Shown: positions 12,889-25,627 of the stretch, piece by piece
Numbering within the stretch: the first letter of the stretch is position 1
Layout of the letters: each line of letters starts with the position of its first letter
Notes under the pieces: generated by a model
The model's database searches: none
What the model saw: the letters and a program-made list of their open reading frames with translations, nothing else
Told to the model about the DNA's origin: nothing
Translations under genes and position numbers: made by a program
NCBI RefSeq assembly: GCF_006345805.1
Contig: NC_043002.1
Coordinates: forward strand, 12,462,001-12,526,000
Direction of reading: 5' to 3'
Source: Octopus sinensis
Taxonomy: Eukaryota
DNA: 64,000 nt

Positions 12889-13199
12889 GAAACCAAAACC
12901 ACGTGGTTTCAAAACGAGGCTCTCACCCACACAGCCATGACCGACCAATTCTTAAATGAGATCTCCGTTAAGATAGAAACCGCATATGCAAATGCGAGTC
13001 CTGCTTTTAAAAGTACAAATATGGAGATAAGATTGTTGTTAGCGAGATCTAAACTAGTTGAATGAGATTTAGGTTAGTAAAAGAGCAACTAACCAAAGGA
13101 AGACTCTGATAGTAACTATGTAACTGATATGCGTGTGTACGTGTGTGTGTGTGTGTGTGTGTGTGGCGTGTGTGCTTTTGTGCGAGCGCGCGCGTGTGT

Positions 13200-13512
13200 G
13201 TATATGCTACAGAGACAGATATATGTAAACCAGATTAATGATTCCGAAGAAAAAATTATGTCAATGAGATTCCATGCGCATGTGTGTCTATATGCGTCTG
13301 TATATGCACATATGTATGCGTGTGCATGTGTGTGTGTTAGAGAGAGAGAGAGAGAGAGTGTGTGTGTGTGTGTGCGCGCGCGCGTGTGTGTGTGTGTATG
13401 CCACAGAGATAGAAATATGCAAACGAGATTAATGATTCCGAAGAAAAAATTATGTCAATGAAATTCTATGCGCATGTGTGTCTATGTGTCTGTATATGCA
13501 CATATGTATGCT
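13200..13512. repeat. Local tandem duplication (~120-bp core, ~190-bp period) between GT/GA tracts
   Basis: GATTAATGATTCCGAAGAAAAAATTATGTCAATGA occurs at ~13233 and ~13426. Confidence 0.85.
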
Positions 13513-13896
13513 GTGTGTTTATATGTATATGTATGTGTGTGTGTGTGTACAATGTATGTGTGCGTTCTTTGTTATTTTCTGTTTGCTTGGTCAGAAGGAA
13601 TGGTTTTTGAAGATGGCTTTCACAGATCCTCCAAGACCGATGATATCGATGCGGTTAGCGTCTTGTTTTTTATCTTTTGAAACATTTGCGACTTGGCAAT
13701 TTCAGGAAAAAGCAATGCTTTCTTCTTGTAGCAGAAAGCCGACAATTTTGAGACGATTCCAGTACTCAACTGGTGTATATTTTATCGTCTGCTGAAAGGA
13801 TGAATGGCAAAATCGAACCCAGCACCTGAAGAAATGCTGTTGGGTATTTGTTTTTTGCGTTGCTTTAACAGTTCTGTCAGTTAAAATAAGTAAAAC

Positions 13897-13950
13897 GATT
13901 TACTGAAGAGGCTAAGGAAATAGCCGAAACTGAAGGTTCAGTCCAAGGAA
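13897..13950 (+). ncRNA. Type I hammerhead ribozyme motif (canonical core, weak stem I)
   Basis: CTGAAGA(13903)-GGCTA-AGGAAA-TAGCC-GAAA-CTGAA-GG-TTCAG-TC(13943): complete conserved core, perfect stems II and III, GUC cleavage triplet. Confidence 0.65.
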
Positions 13951-14096
13951 TTCTCTAGTCGATCTTTTTGGGCGATTGCAGCCCCTGTGAGCATATCTGT
14001 ATACACATATGAGCTTTTCCTACAGCATTAGAGTATTTTAGCTCTTATTTCTACCGATGTTGGTGTCTTGACACCCTTAGTTGCGTATATATATAG

Positions 14097-14208
14097 TGAG
14101 AATTTACAAAAAAAGAAAAACAAAAGACGAGGACGGGTGTGTAAACAACAAACAGGTGTATTAATTTAACGCTCGGGAAGTGAGAAAGTCTTTTACGTTT
14201 CGAGCCTC
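14097..14208 (-). mobile_element. Penelope-like tail family P1 (truncated inside the hammerhead)
   Basis: Reverse complement of GGCTCGAAACGTAAAAGACTTTCTCACTTCCCGAGCGTTAAA. Confidence 0.7.
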
Positions 14209-14209
14209 A

Positions 14210-15510
14210 AAAATGCCCGCTCTCACCCGTTCTGTACGTACTGGCTCTCGAGCCATTACTAAGGAAGTTGGATATTTCGATGGACATACCGCGTAATCTA
14301 TGATGCGGAAGGTTCGTGACGGCTTATGCGGACGACGTCACCGTAATAGTATCGGACTGGGTAAAAGTCCTTTGTACTATAGATATACAGGCTGAAATTT
14401 TCGGGAAGTGGATTAGTCGATTACTCAACTAGTACTTAATTTATCGACCCGAAAGGATGAAGGCAAAGTCGACCTCGGCGGAATTTGAACTTAGATCATG
14501 GCGTCAGACGAAATACCTATTTCTATTTCTTTACTGCCCACAAGGGGCTAATCACAGAGGGGACAAACAAGGACAGACAAAGGGATTAAGTCGATTACAT
14601 CGACCCCAGTGCGTAACTGGTACTTAATTTATCGACCCCGAAAGGATGAAAGGCAAAGTCGACCTCGGCAGAATTTGAACTCAGAACGTAACGGCAGACG
14701 AAATACCGCTACACATTTCGCACGGCGTGCTACGTTTCTGCCAGCTCGCCGCCTTTCGGACACCGTAATACTATCAGAAATCGAGGTGTGGGACACTGTC
14801 TTAAGGGTGTACGAAGCAGTGACCGGAGCAAAGATTACTCAGGACAAGTTAGTAGGCAGGCACTTGGAGAGGTAGCTCTATGCCAACCGATATCGTTGTA
14901 GGGCGTTTGACAGCAGGTCCGGTTAAATTGCTGCGGGTCTGGAGGAAGGCGACGAGTATGGTAACTAATCTCACTCAGATATAGACAGAGAGGAAGTTGT
15001 CCCTGAAGGATCGGGCAGAGGTGGTGAATGCGTATATCGCTTCCATCATCTACTACTGCCTGACCATCGTCCCTTGCTCTGCTTCGTGGCCGATCAAGCT
15101 TGAGGACTTCTATGGTAGGACGTGTTCCGCTCGTCAGACGGTCCATCTGCTGTTAACAGCCGCTGAGCAAATGTCTGGGCATGCTGTGGCTAATGATGCA
15201 CAGACACGCACTGAGACTGCGACTTCGCCAGCGTTTTCTTAACGGTGAGCAAGAGTGGTTACTGCTTGTCAGACGGTTTTTTTTGCAGCTCATCTGATTA
15301 ACAGAGCTAAAGTCCTGGATCAAGCATAGACCAAGAAAGGGCGCTTGGCACGTGGAGTGTCGGCAAGCGCTCATAGCTTTCTGTCAGTCAGGCACCCGGT
15401 CGGTAGAAGTTTTATTATGTACCATAGAGGATTAGTGGCGGGCAAGAGTGACGACGTCATCGGAGAAAATCTAGATCTCGGGAGGGATCAATTAACTGTT
15501 TTTTCCGGAG
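14210..15510 (+). pseudogene. L1/Tx1-clade LINE reverse transcriptase fragment, interrupted by SINE B
   Basis: AYADDVTVIVSD at 14322; resumes after the SINE as ...YEAVTGAKI... and LSLKDRAEVVNAYIASIIYYCLTIVPC, typical of Tx1/L1 ORF2; stops and frameshifts. Confidence 0.85.
14368..14754 (-). mobile_element. SINE family B, dimeric copy
   Basis: Two copies of the core (rc of GAGGTCGACTTTGCCTTTCATCCTTTCGGGGTCGATAAATTAAGTAC); head GGCGGCGAGCTGGCAGAAACG at 14754. Confidence 0.9.
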
Positions 15511-15514
15511 CCTA

Positions 15515-15716
15515 TGAATGCACATATCGTCAGCAACTAAGGGACATGGTCAACTTGTTATGGTCAAACAAGTGACAAGCAAATCTGTGGTATTGAGCAG
15601 AATATTTGCTGTAGCCCATCTTTTATACCAAGACAAAATAATGTACATGATAACACTTCCAATCAGTTAAGATGAGAAGCCATGAGAGCCACTGCCTGGT
15701 ACTGCATCAGGGCATT

Positions 15717-15718
<2 letters not shown>
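15515..15718. mobile_element. Unclassified repeat fragment abutting a (TAA)n tract
   Basis: Complex sequence ending ...GCCACTGCCTGGTACTGCATCAGGGCATTT directly at (ATA)n; class not determinable here. Confidence 0.35.
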
Positions 15719-15770
<52 letters not shown>

Positions 15771-15826
15771 TATTATTATTATTATTAGTAGTAGTAGTAG
15801 TAGTAGTAGTATTATTAGTATTGTTA

Positions 15827-15869
<43 letters not shown>

Positions 15870-16008
15870 CATTGTATTTTAAAAGGATTGACGTAACTCT
15901 TCGCGAAGGTAAACAGTCAAGACGAAGAGCGCGATTCGATTATAATAGATATTGTATTGGTTCAACCAATACAATATCTATTACGATCGAATCGCTCTCT
16001 TCGTCTTG

Positions 16009-16069
<61 letters not shown>

Positions 16070-16147
16070 TTATTATTATTATTATTATTATTATTAGTAG
16101 TGTAGTAGTAGTAGTAGTAGCAGCAGCAGTAGTAGTAGAAGTAGTAG

Positions 16148-16206
<59 letters not shown>

Positions 16207-16270
16207 GTAGTAGTAGTAGTAGTAGTAGTAGCAGCAGCAGTAGTACTACTAGTAGTAGTAGAAGTAGTAG

Positions 16271-16329
<59 letters not shown>

Positions 16330-16421
16330 GTAGTAGTAGTAGTAGTAGCAGCAGCAGTAGTACTACTAGTAGTAGTAGAAGTGTTATTATTATTATATTA
16401 TTATATTATTATTATTATTAT

Positions 16422-16453
<32 letters not shown>

Positions 16454-16490
16454 TAGTAGTAGTAGTAGTAGTAGTAGCAGTAAGTTAGTT
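15718..16490. repeat. Compound trinucleotide microsatellite (TAA/TTA/TAG/CTA/CAG) with a ~120-bp higher-order repeat
   Basis: The block GTAGCAGCAGCAGTAGTA...AGAAGTG(TTA)n recurs three times between 16110 and 16400. Confidence 0.95.
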
Positions 16491-17049
16491 GGAATATATG
16501 AAGTGATCTAACAGAAAATAAAAATTAAAAAAACAAAACATAACTACCCGTATTTAAAAATAGAAATGATTGATATTATTAAGACACGAACCAGTTTCCA
16601 CCCCACTCAAAAAAAAACAAACAAACATAAATACATAAATAATACCAAATTATTTTGTGGCTTATTTATTTAAATATATTCAAAGATGCTGGGTTGTTAT
16701 TTCGTTTTATTGAATTTTCGACAGAGTGTGTATATAATTCGATGTTGCAAAGAAAAGGTGAAAGACCTCATAAAGTTTTGCTGACGAACATAGGTGTTGT
16801 ATTACGTTATATCGACATTTGCATCGATTTATATAAACTTGTGTGTGTGTGTGTGTGTGTACATGTATTACCTGCGTTTGTGCTTTTGAGTGCATGCATG
16901 CGTGTGTGTGGATACTGTGTGTTTATGTGTGTCTGTATGTTAGTGGTATATATATGTACACATATATGCATATATAGATTTATATGTGTGAATACTTATG
17001 TAATATAGAAATTCTTTCATATATACTATATATATATATATATATATAC

Positions 17050-17084
<35 letters not shown>

Positions 17085-17196
17085 TATATATATGTCTACG
17101 TATATGTATATACATATGTGTACACATCTGTGTCTACAGAAAAATATATATTTATACGTATATATACGTTATGCATATATACATACATACATATAT

Positions 17197-17230
<34 letters not shown>

Positions 17231-17797
17231 ATATATATAAACATATATATATATGCATATATACGTATATATATATGTGTGTGGCGTTTGTGTGTTTGTG
17301 AGTGTGTGTGTGTGTTGTGTGTGCGTGTGTGTGGAATATATGAACATATGAAGAAGATAGATAGAGAATATTTATTATTAGCAAAGGCAATATTTCAGTC
17401 CGTAAAATATAGAGAGAGACCAATATTTTACACTTCCATCAGATAAACACACAGTGGCTAACATTCACTATAAATAGTTTACTATGTATGGAACTGTTGT
17501 TGACAGGGTGGGAGAGAGTATGAGTGGAGGTAGACGCTTTCATTGAACGTAATGGCGGTGGTGGAGAGAGGAGTGGAAATGAAAAGAAAGAAGGAAAAGA
17601 AAGAAGGAAAAGAAAGAAGGAAAAGGTGGAAGAAGAATATAAAAGAATAGACGATGTTAAAAAAACGGTGAAGGAGACGAGAAGGAAGAGAAGTCGATGA
17701 AAGGGGAGAAGAAGGAGAGGAAGAAGAGGAAGAACACGGGAAAGGTGAAGAACATTTTTGATTATGCAGCGTAGCAATGTGAAGAATATCCAGAAAA

Positions 17798-17799
<2 letters not shown>

Positions 17800-17836
<37 letters not shown>

Positions 17837-17843
17837 GTGATGG

Positions 17844-17875
<32 letters not shown>

Positions 17876-17882
17876 GTGATGG

Positions 17883-17917
<35 letters not shown>

Positions 17918-17941
17918 GTGATGATGATGATGATGATGATG
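17800..17941. repeat. (GAT)n microsatellite with periodic TGTGATGGT interruptions
   Basis: Direct reading. Confidence 0.95.
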
Positions 17942-19489
17942 AAAAGAAAAATCAGAATGAAGAATTAGGGGATATATGGAAATCAACAGTCAAATCTGAA
18001 CAACACTTGCACCAACAGCGGTAGCAGCAGCAGCAGCATAAGCGGTATAAACATCGACGCCACACTTAACATCAGCAAAAACATCAACATCAGCATCAAC
18101 ATTAAAGTTGACTTGTAACAGAGGTACAAGGTCTCTAATTCTTAGAAAGTTCTGTGCTGATTTTATCGTGCCATTTTTAAAGATACTGAAAAGAAATTTT
18201 GTCATTTTGTATTCTTGTTAGGTAAATATATAAACACATACGAAAACACACACGTGTACACATACGGTTAGTCTCTGCACAGTTTACAATTACCAAATTT
18301 AACTTACATGTTAGGTGTAGACTGAGGGCTGTAGCAAGTATCTAGGAGTGATATCGAACTCAGAGTCACGTACGTCCGAAGCGAACTTCTTTACTATACG
18401 TTGACAGTATATTGAGTAAATATAGAATCGGTATTCTCTATAGTGAGATATACATCAGATTATCGATATATATTTTTAAAGCGGGACATACACTAAAAGC
18501 TCTCATTTAAGTGCTGAAAGAAGTGCGATGATACATCCGTTTCGAAATATATTTGGTCTCTAAAACACAAGATAGAAATAATATCGTTGTAAATAGAAAG
18601 GCATACAATAGCCGTGGCAACAAATACTTAGATTTGGTTTCTTCTTGGCCATATCACAAGTAGGAGAGAAAAACTTCTTCACTATGCTTTCATGTAAAAA
18701 AATATGAACATCAAACTTCCAAAATATTTCTTCGTCAGTAGATTTGAGCAAATTAGTTGAACCTACAAGCAACACAGAGTAATCAGAAATTTAACAAGGA
18801 AAACGAAGCTGAAATTTGAGGCGTATATTGACAAATAAAGGCAAGTCAAATGCAATAACCTCTTAAGTAAGACATGATTTTATGTGAAATACACGGAATA
18901 CCGAAAACCCGAGCTCAAATTCCAGTCAAACTTAATTCAAGTGGTGTATTGTAATCTCATTGTAAAAACATTATTTTCTTTTATCAATTGAATGTTTCAC
19001 ATCTTCAGTTATTGGCATTCGAACTGTGTCGTCTGAGCGCCATCTTAAACAAAGACATCTTTTTTCATTATAACCCATCTGGTTCATCTAGCATTGATGA
19101 AGTAAGTGCAGTAGGCTTCAGCCGAATAATTATAATTATACTCTATACTGCTTATTGAGTACTTTTCCTCTAGTTTTTTTATAAACAACATACATTTTAC
19201 TCTCGATTAGTAGAACATTGCAAATAATTTGAGATTATGAAGATATATGAGAGAAAAATACCCTGTAATCAAATCATCATAATAGTGCAAATCAACCATC
19301 AAAAGCCCGTTTTAGGCTCCCAATAGAAAAAAAACGACCAAACGAGTGATAATATATTAAGAAGAACAAAAAGAGAAGCATATTTTTTTTCATTATAGTA
19401 TCATCACTGTCACCACATACGAATAAATCAGGTTCAAAATTAAAAGAATCAGAAAAACTAGGAATTTTCCATGGCGTAATCAGGTTCCA

Positions 19490-19690
19490 GGCCGGTAATT
19501 TTTTGAAGGGTGGGGACAAGTCGGTTTCATCGACCCCAGTAATTGACTGATACTTTATTTTATTGACCTCGAAAGGGTGAATGGCAAGGCAACTGACTTC
19601 AGTGAGATTTGAACCCAGAACGTAAAGAACTAGAAGAAATACTGCTAAGCATTTTGCCCAACATATTAACAACTCTACCAACTCGCCGCC
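19490..19690 (-). mobile_element. SINE family B, diverged
   Basis: CATCGACCCCAGT...ATTTGAACCCAGAACGTAAAG...GCTAAGCATTTTGCCC...CTCGCCGCC. Confidence 0.75.
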
Positions 19691-20349
19691 ATCTTAGCGA
19701 GTCTCATGGGACAAAGAAATTCAAAGTTATCCTTGGTGTTATTTGAACTCACAAACTAAACTATAACATGTATCATAGCATATTATATTACCCTTTAAGA
19801 GCGTTTACATTTTAGTTGGGGCGGTGTACAAGATCGTGTAACATTTGTGAATTTCTCTTGCATATAATGCAAGCGAAATAACATTCCCTTGAAATTTAAA
19901 CAAAATACACCAATCAGCGTACAGACAATATGGCTATCACTAGTATTTCTGTACTCTACTCCTGCAGTTGTATAAACTACAACTGCTAAATTCGTTCCTT
20001 CACAATCTCACTTCATTAATTTTGTCTATTTTTCGCACCTCAATTTCAGTGAATTCTCAATCTTAAGTTGCATTATTAAAGTGCACGAACTAAGATTTAT
20101 CTAACAGCATAACTGGATATCTAACGTAGTATTAGATATATTTGTTATCTGATATGGAAGAATGTCGACAAGATAGATAACTGCCGTGTTGTTGCTTTAT
20201 TTGAGCTCCTCTTATGTGACTTCGGTATCTTTGGTTAATCTGTAAAAGTTATACATTTACATGGACGAAAATAAATAAATATAGTAATACTGTACAGAAT
20301 TTATTCTAATTAGAAGGCCCTGTCTGTAAACTACCGAAATGAAATACGT

Positions 20350-20580
20350 TAGTATATTGTAGTCGGTAAAAGAAGTGAAACGGAGCTCTGTGTATGTAGT
20401 TGATAGACCTGCTAGAAATAGCAGCCAAATACCTCTAAGAACATATCCTGTTGTTTTATGTAAGAATATGATGTCTTAGGTAACCTACAACTATGTGCGG
20501 CCCTAAAAAGAAGGTTGGTTACGGCTAGAATGGCTATTGTTCAATGGTATGACCTAGGGTTAAACAGCAATAACAGCTGA
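20350..20580 (+). mobile_element. Old dispersed repeat family D (also at ~39105, ~43020 and ~58790)
   Basis: Shared motif GACCTGCTAGAAATAGCAGCCAAAT in several diverged copies. Confidence 0.5.
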
Positions 20581-20689
20581 GGTATACAAAGCGGGAAAAT
20601 GAATAAAACTCATTGCAAAATAAAAAAAAAAACATTCTTAAAACCGGAGATTGGTGTTGATTAGGGGGAAAAAGGGCTTGTATCATCCA

Positions 20690-21115
20690 TGACGACGACA
20701 GCGACGACGATGACGACTGTGAAGTCCCTAACGAACACGATGATGACGACGACGACAGCGAAGACTAATACTACTACAACAATTACTACTACTACTACTA
20801 TTAGTGCCGCTGCTACTACTACTACTGCAGCCTTAACTGCTGCTGCAGTTACTACTACTACTACTACTACTATTAGTGCTGCTGCTACTACTACTACTGC
20901 TGCCATTACTGCTGCTGCAACTACTAGTACTACTTCTACTACTACCACTATTACTACTACTACTGATGCTGATGCTACTACTACTACTACTGATACTGTT
21001 GTTGCTGCTGCTACTGCTAGTAACATTACAACTACTACTATCGTTACTGCCGAGGCTACTACTACTTGTATTACAACTAAGGCTACTACGATGACGAGCA
21101 TGACGATAGTGACCA
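20690..21115. repeat. Cryptic trinucleotide array (ACT/GCT/ACG)
   Basis: Degenerate triplet repeat that keeps frames open on both strands. Confidence 0.85.
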
Positions 21116-21570
21116 GATTGTAAGTTGAGCAGTAACAACTAGGATTATAATATTTGGTTCAAAGACGGAGTTTTAGACTTTAATCAATTGCTCGGTTTAA
21201 TAACATAACCTCTCTCTCTCTCGCTTTCAGCTGCCTTCAGAGAAGTCTAATCCGACGTAAGTATTTAGGAAAGGTCTCTGGATAAAGAATGATTCCGTAT
21301 ATTGAGATTCTTCTTGTATTAACTCGTCGATATCGCCAGTTTTTCAGTCATAGAGACTGTATTCTGTCTTTGTCAAATTTTCCCTTGAAGAAGTACTCTG
21401 TCCGAAACGTTATATGTTGCACATTTTACAACAAATACACTGAAATCATTCTACCGATTTTTCCAAATAATACCAGCCTTGTCACCGCAGACTGCTACCG
21501 GTCTCGATGCGCATGCATAGGTATTTACATGGAGAGAGAGAGAGAGAGTGGGAGGGTAAGAGATGAATGC

Positions 21571-21614
<44 letters not shown>

Positions 21615-21842
21615 ATATATATATATACCTGTATACCTTTCTTTTGTTATTTACTTTTACTTGTTTCAGTCGTTAACCTTCCCGAGCAAATAGTAAAAGA
21701 AACTTGCTTAAGGTACCGCACAGTGGGAATGAGCTAGAAACCATGTGGTTAGAAAGAGCTTCTTAACCACACAGCCAGAAATGCACCTATATGCATATGC
21801 ATGCATACATACGTACATGCACACATTATATATATATATATA

Positions 21843-21882
<40 letters not shown>

Positions 21883-21927
21883 TGGGGGTATATTTATATA
21901 TATATATATATAACTATATTTATGTAT

Positions 21928-22338
21928 GCAGGAGTGGCTGTGTGGGAAGTAGCTTGCTTACCGACCACATGGTTCCGGGTTCAATCCCACTGTGTGGCTC
22001 TTTGGGCAAGTCTCTTCTACAATAGCATCGGGCCAACCAAAGCCTTGTGAGTGGATTTGGCAGACGGAAACTGAAAGAAGCCCGTCGTATATATGCATAT
22101 ATGTATATATTTATATACATGTGTGTGTATGTGTGTGTCTGTGTTTGTCCCTCCAACATTGCTTAACAACCGATGCTAGTGTGTTTACGTCCCCATAGCT
22201 TAGATGTTCGGCAAAAGAGACTGATAGAATGAGTACTAGGCTTACAAAGAATAAGTCCTGGGGTCGATTTGCTCCACTAAAGGTGGTGCTCCAGCATGGC
22301 CGCAGTCAAATGACTGAAACAAATAAAAGTGTAAAAGA

Positions 22339-22340
<2 letters not shown>
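21928..22340 (+). mobile_element. SINE family A, full length
   Basis: Head GCAGGAGTGGCTGTGTGG, B box GGTTCAATCCC, TA/TG linker, tail AAAAGAGT. Confidence 0.92.
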
Positions 22341-22395
<55 letters not shown>

Positions 22396-22401
<6 letters not shown>

Positions 22402-23467
22402 GATACATATATGTATATATATTTTTATACATATATACTTACATACATATATATATATTCATATATCTATCAATCAATCAATCAATCTATCTATCTATCT
22501 ATATATATATATATCAAGATGTACGTATATATATGTGTATGTGTGTGTGTGTATATATACATATACACACACATATACACACATATATATATATAGACAC
22601 ACGCACATATATATATATATGTATGTATATATGTTTTTGTGTGTATATGTGTGTATGCATGTGTGTGTTTGTGTGTATATGAAAGTCTATAAAGACCAAA
22701 CTCACAGGAAAACTGAAAAAGGGGTCCCGTTTCATCAAGACAATGCTCCAGCACACAAGCCCTTCGTTTCAATAGCTGTTGTGCGTTGAGTGTTTGCTTT
22801 GAACTGGTTGATTACCTTATCTATGCTCCTGATTTCACCCCATCTGTCTGTCTATCTATCTGTCTGTCTGTCTGTCTGTCCGTCCGCCTGTCTGTCTATC
22901 TATCTTTATACATGCATACATAGCTCGCTTTCTTCTTGTATCGTTTAATTGTTTCAGTTATTGGACCGTGGCCATGCTGGGACACCGATTTGAATATATC
23001 GGCGTCAGTACTTCGTTTCAAATTTGGTATGTTAGCAATCGATCTGTTTCGTGGAACATTTGAGTTACTGGTACATAACCAAAGCAACACCGCACATACA
23101 CAAGCACACACATAGGCGCACTTTTTGACTCAAATTCATGTGTGTGTATGTGTATCTGCGTGTACACATATGTGTGTATGGGTTTACATGTGTATATATG
23201 TGTGTATGTGTATGTATATGTGTGTGTGTGAGTGTGCATGTGTATATGCGTGTGGGTATGCATATATATGTGTGTGTGTATGAATGGGCATGTACATAGA
23301 TATGTGTGTGTGTATCTCTATAAGTGTGTGTATATATGTGTGTGTATGTGTGTGCATGTGTGTGCATGTGTTTACATATATATATATACTTATGTGTGTA
23401 TGCATACATATGTGTGTGTATCTGTATAAGTGTGTGTATATATGTATGTGTATGTGCGTGCACTTGT

Positions 23468-23517
<50 letters not shown>

Positions 23518-24590
23518 GATACATATATGTATATATATTTTTATACATATATACTTACATACATATATATATATTCATATATCTATCAATCAATCAATCA
23601 ATCTATCTATCTATCTATATATATATATATATCAAGATGTACGTATATATATGTGTATGTGTGTGTGTGTATATATACATATACACACACATATACACAC
23701 ATATATATATAGACACACGCACATATATATATATATGTATGTATATATGTTTTTGTGTGTATATGTGTGTATGCATGTGTGTGTTGTGTGTATATGAAAG
23801 TCTATAAAGACCAAACTCACAGGAAAACTGAAAAAGGGGTCCCGTTTCATCAAGACAATGCTCCAGCACACAAGCCTTCGTTTCAATAGCTGTTGTGCGT
23901 TGAGTGTTTGCTTTGAACTGGTTGATTACCTTATCTATGCTCCTGATTCACCCCATCTGTCTGTCTATCTATCTGTCTGTCTGTCTGTCTGTCTGTCCGT
24001 CCGCCTGTCTGTCTATCTATCTTATACATGCATACATAGCTCGCTTTCATCTTGTATCGTTTAATTGTTTCAGTTATTGGACCGTGGCCATGCTGGGACA
24101 CCGATTTGAATATATCGGCGTCAGTACTTCGTTTCAAATTTGGTATGTTAGCAATCGATCTGTTTCGTGGAACATTTGAGTTACTGGTACATAACCAAAG
24201 CAACACCGCACATACACAAGCACACACATAGGCGCACTTTTTGACTCAAATTCATGTGTGTGTATGTGTATCTGCGTGTACACATATGTGTGTATGGGTT
24301 TACATGTGTATATATGTGTGTATGTGTATGTATATGTGTGTGTGTGAGTGTGCATGTGTATATGCGTGTGGGTATGCATATATATGTGTGTGTGTATGAA
24401 TGGGCATGTACATAGATATGTGTGTGTGTATCTCTATAAGTGTGTGTATATATGTGTGTGTATGTGTGTGCATGTGTGTGCATGTGTTTACATATATATA
24501 TATACTTATGTGTGTATGCATACATATGTGTGTGTATCTGTATAAGTGTGTGTATATATGTATGTGTATGTGCGTGCACTTGTATATATA
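22396..24590. repeat. Near-identical tandem duplication, period ~1116 bp
   Basis: 22396-23470 is repeated at 23512-24590, including a mariner scrap and a SINE A tail; units are separated by (TA)n. Confidence 0.95.
22695..22835 (+). pseudogene. Mariner transposase fragment (duplicated at ~23810-23950)
   Basis: GVPFHQDNAPAHK...FELVD...YAPD(F) corresponds to the mariner HDNA and YSPDL motifs. Confidence 0.85.
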
Positions 24591-24783
24591 TATATATATA
24601 TATGTATATGTTTGTGTGTGTGTATGACACTTTGTTTCAATAATGTCGATATTGCAGATTTTTCACATCATAGACTTTATCCCGAAATTATCAACACACA
24701 CACACGGACACACACACACACACATACGCACTCACGCAACAAACGCACAATTCAGTCCACTAAACAGTCACCGACCACTTGCT

Positions 24784-24797
24784 GTCGCCATGGCAAC
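24784..24797. promoter_or_regulatory. Candidate RFX X-box
   Basis: GTCGCCATGGCAAC, 13/14 match to the palindromic GTTGCCATGGCAAC, in non-repetitive sequence. Confidence 0.35.
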
Positions 24798-25073
24798 TTA
24801 ACTTAGTGACTATCATGTAATCCTGCTGATCTATACAATTCCCAACGACGGCGATTTTATTACAACAACTGAGGCCGCTGACACGTTTCACAATTGATTA
24901 CGGAGATGGACATTCATCTATTTATCTAAATGATCCACGTCTCTCACTTCAGTAAGAGATGAACACCGCCCAACTGATTCAATAAAAAACGCAAACTGCT
25001 GCTGAAGTGGTTTCCAGGTGTTACTAATCGTCGTTACAGTGGATCAGTTGTTGCTTCTTCTTCTTCTTCTTCT

Positions 25074-25170
25074 GCTCAATAAACACTCACAATGCCCGGT
25101 CTGAGAATCGAAACTGCGTTCTTGCGACCGCGCGTCCGCTGCCCTAACCACTGGGCCATTGCGCCTCCAC
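25074..25170 (-). mobile_element. tRNA-derived SINE head (C-type)
   Basis: Minus GTGGAGGCGCAATGGCCCAGTGGTTAGGGCAGCGGAC...GTTTCGATTCTCAGACCGGGC. Confidence 0.8.
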
Positions 25171-25583
25171 CCATGATTCTATGAGTACAACAATGATTTT
25201 ATTTCTTTAAGAAATATTGCTTAATTCTATTTGATCATTTATTTAACTATTATTGTTATTATTGTTGACCTGATGAGAGTAACTATACCTTTAAATTGGA
25301 TTGATTTTCGATTAAATTTAAATTTAATTGTAATTCGAATTGAAGTTATAGCCTCGAAACGTTACTTATTATATATTGTTTATTCATTTTTTGTCCTTTT
25401 TGTGATCTTGTTAAATGTTTTATAATATATTTTAATTTTTCTTTATGATTTGGTCTATGTCTATCATTGTTTGAATTACATAATAGTGTATTTTCTCTAA
25501 TTTATATATATATATATTTATATTGTGAAATTTGATTTAATACTAAATAGAATTTTTCCCTGGAAGTTTGGAGTTATACTCAC

Positions 25584-25627
<44 letters not shown>

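Noticed and set aside
17758-18024. Poly-Asp / poly-His ORFs
   Set aside because: (GAT)n microsatellite
20661-21138. Mucin-like Thr-rich 144-aa ORF and antisense Val-rich ORF
   Set aside because: A cryptic triplet repeat open in several frames on both strands; no domain or splice support
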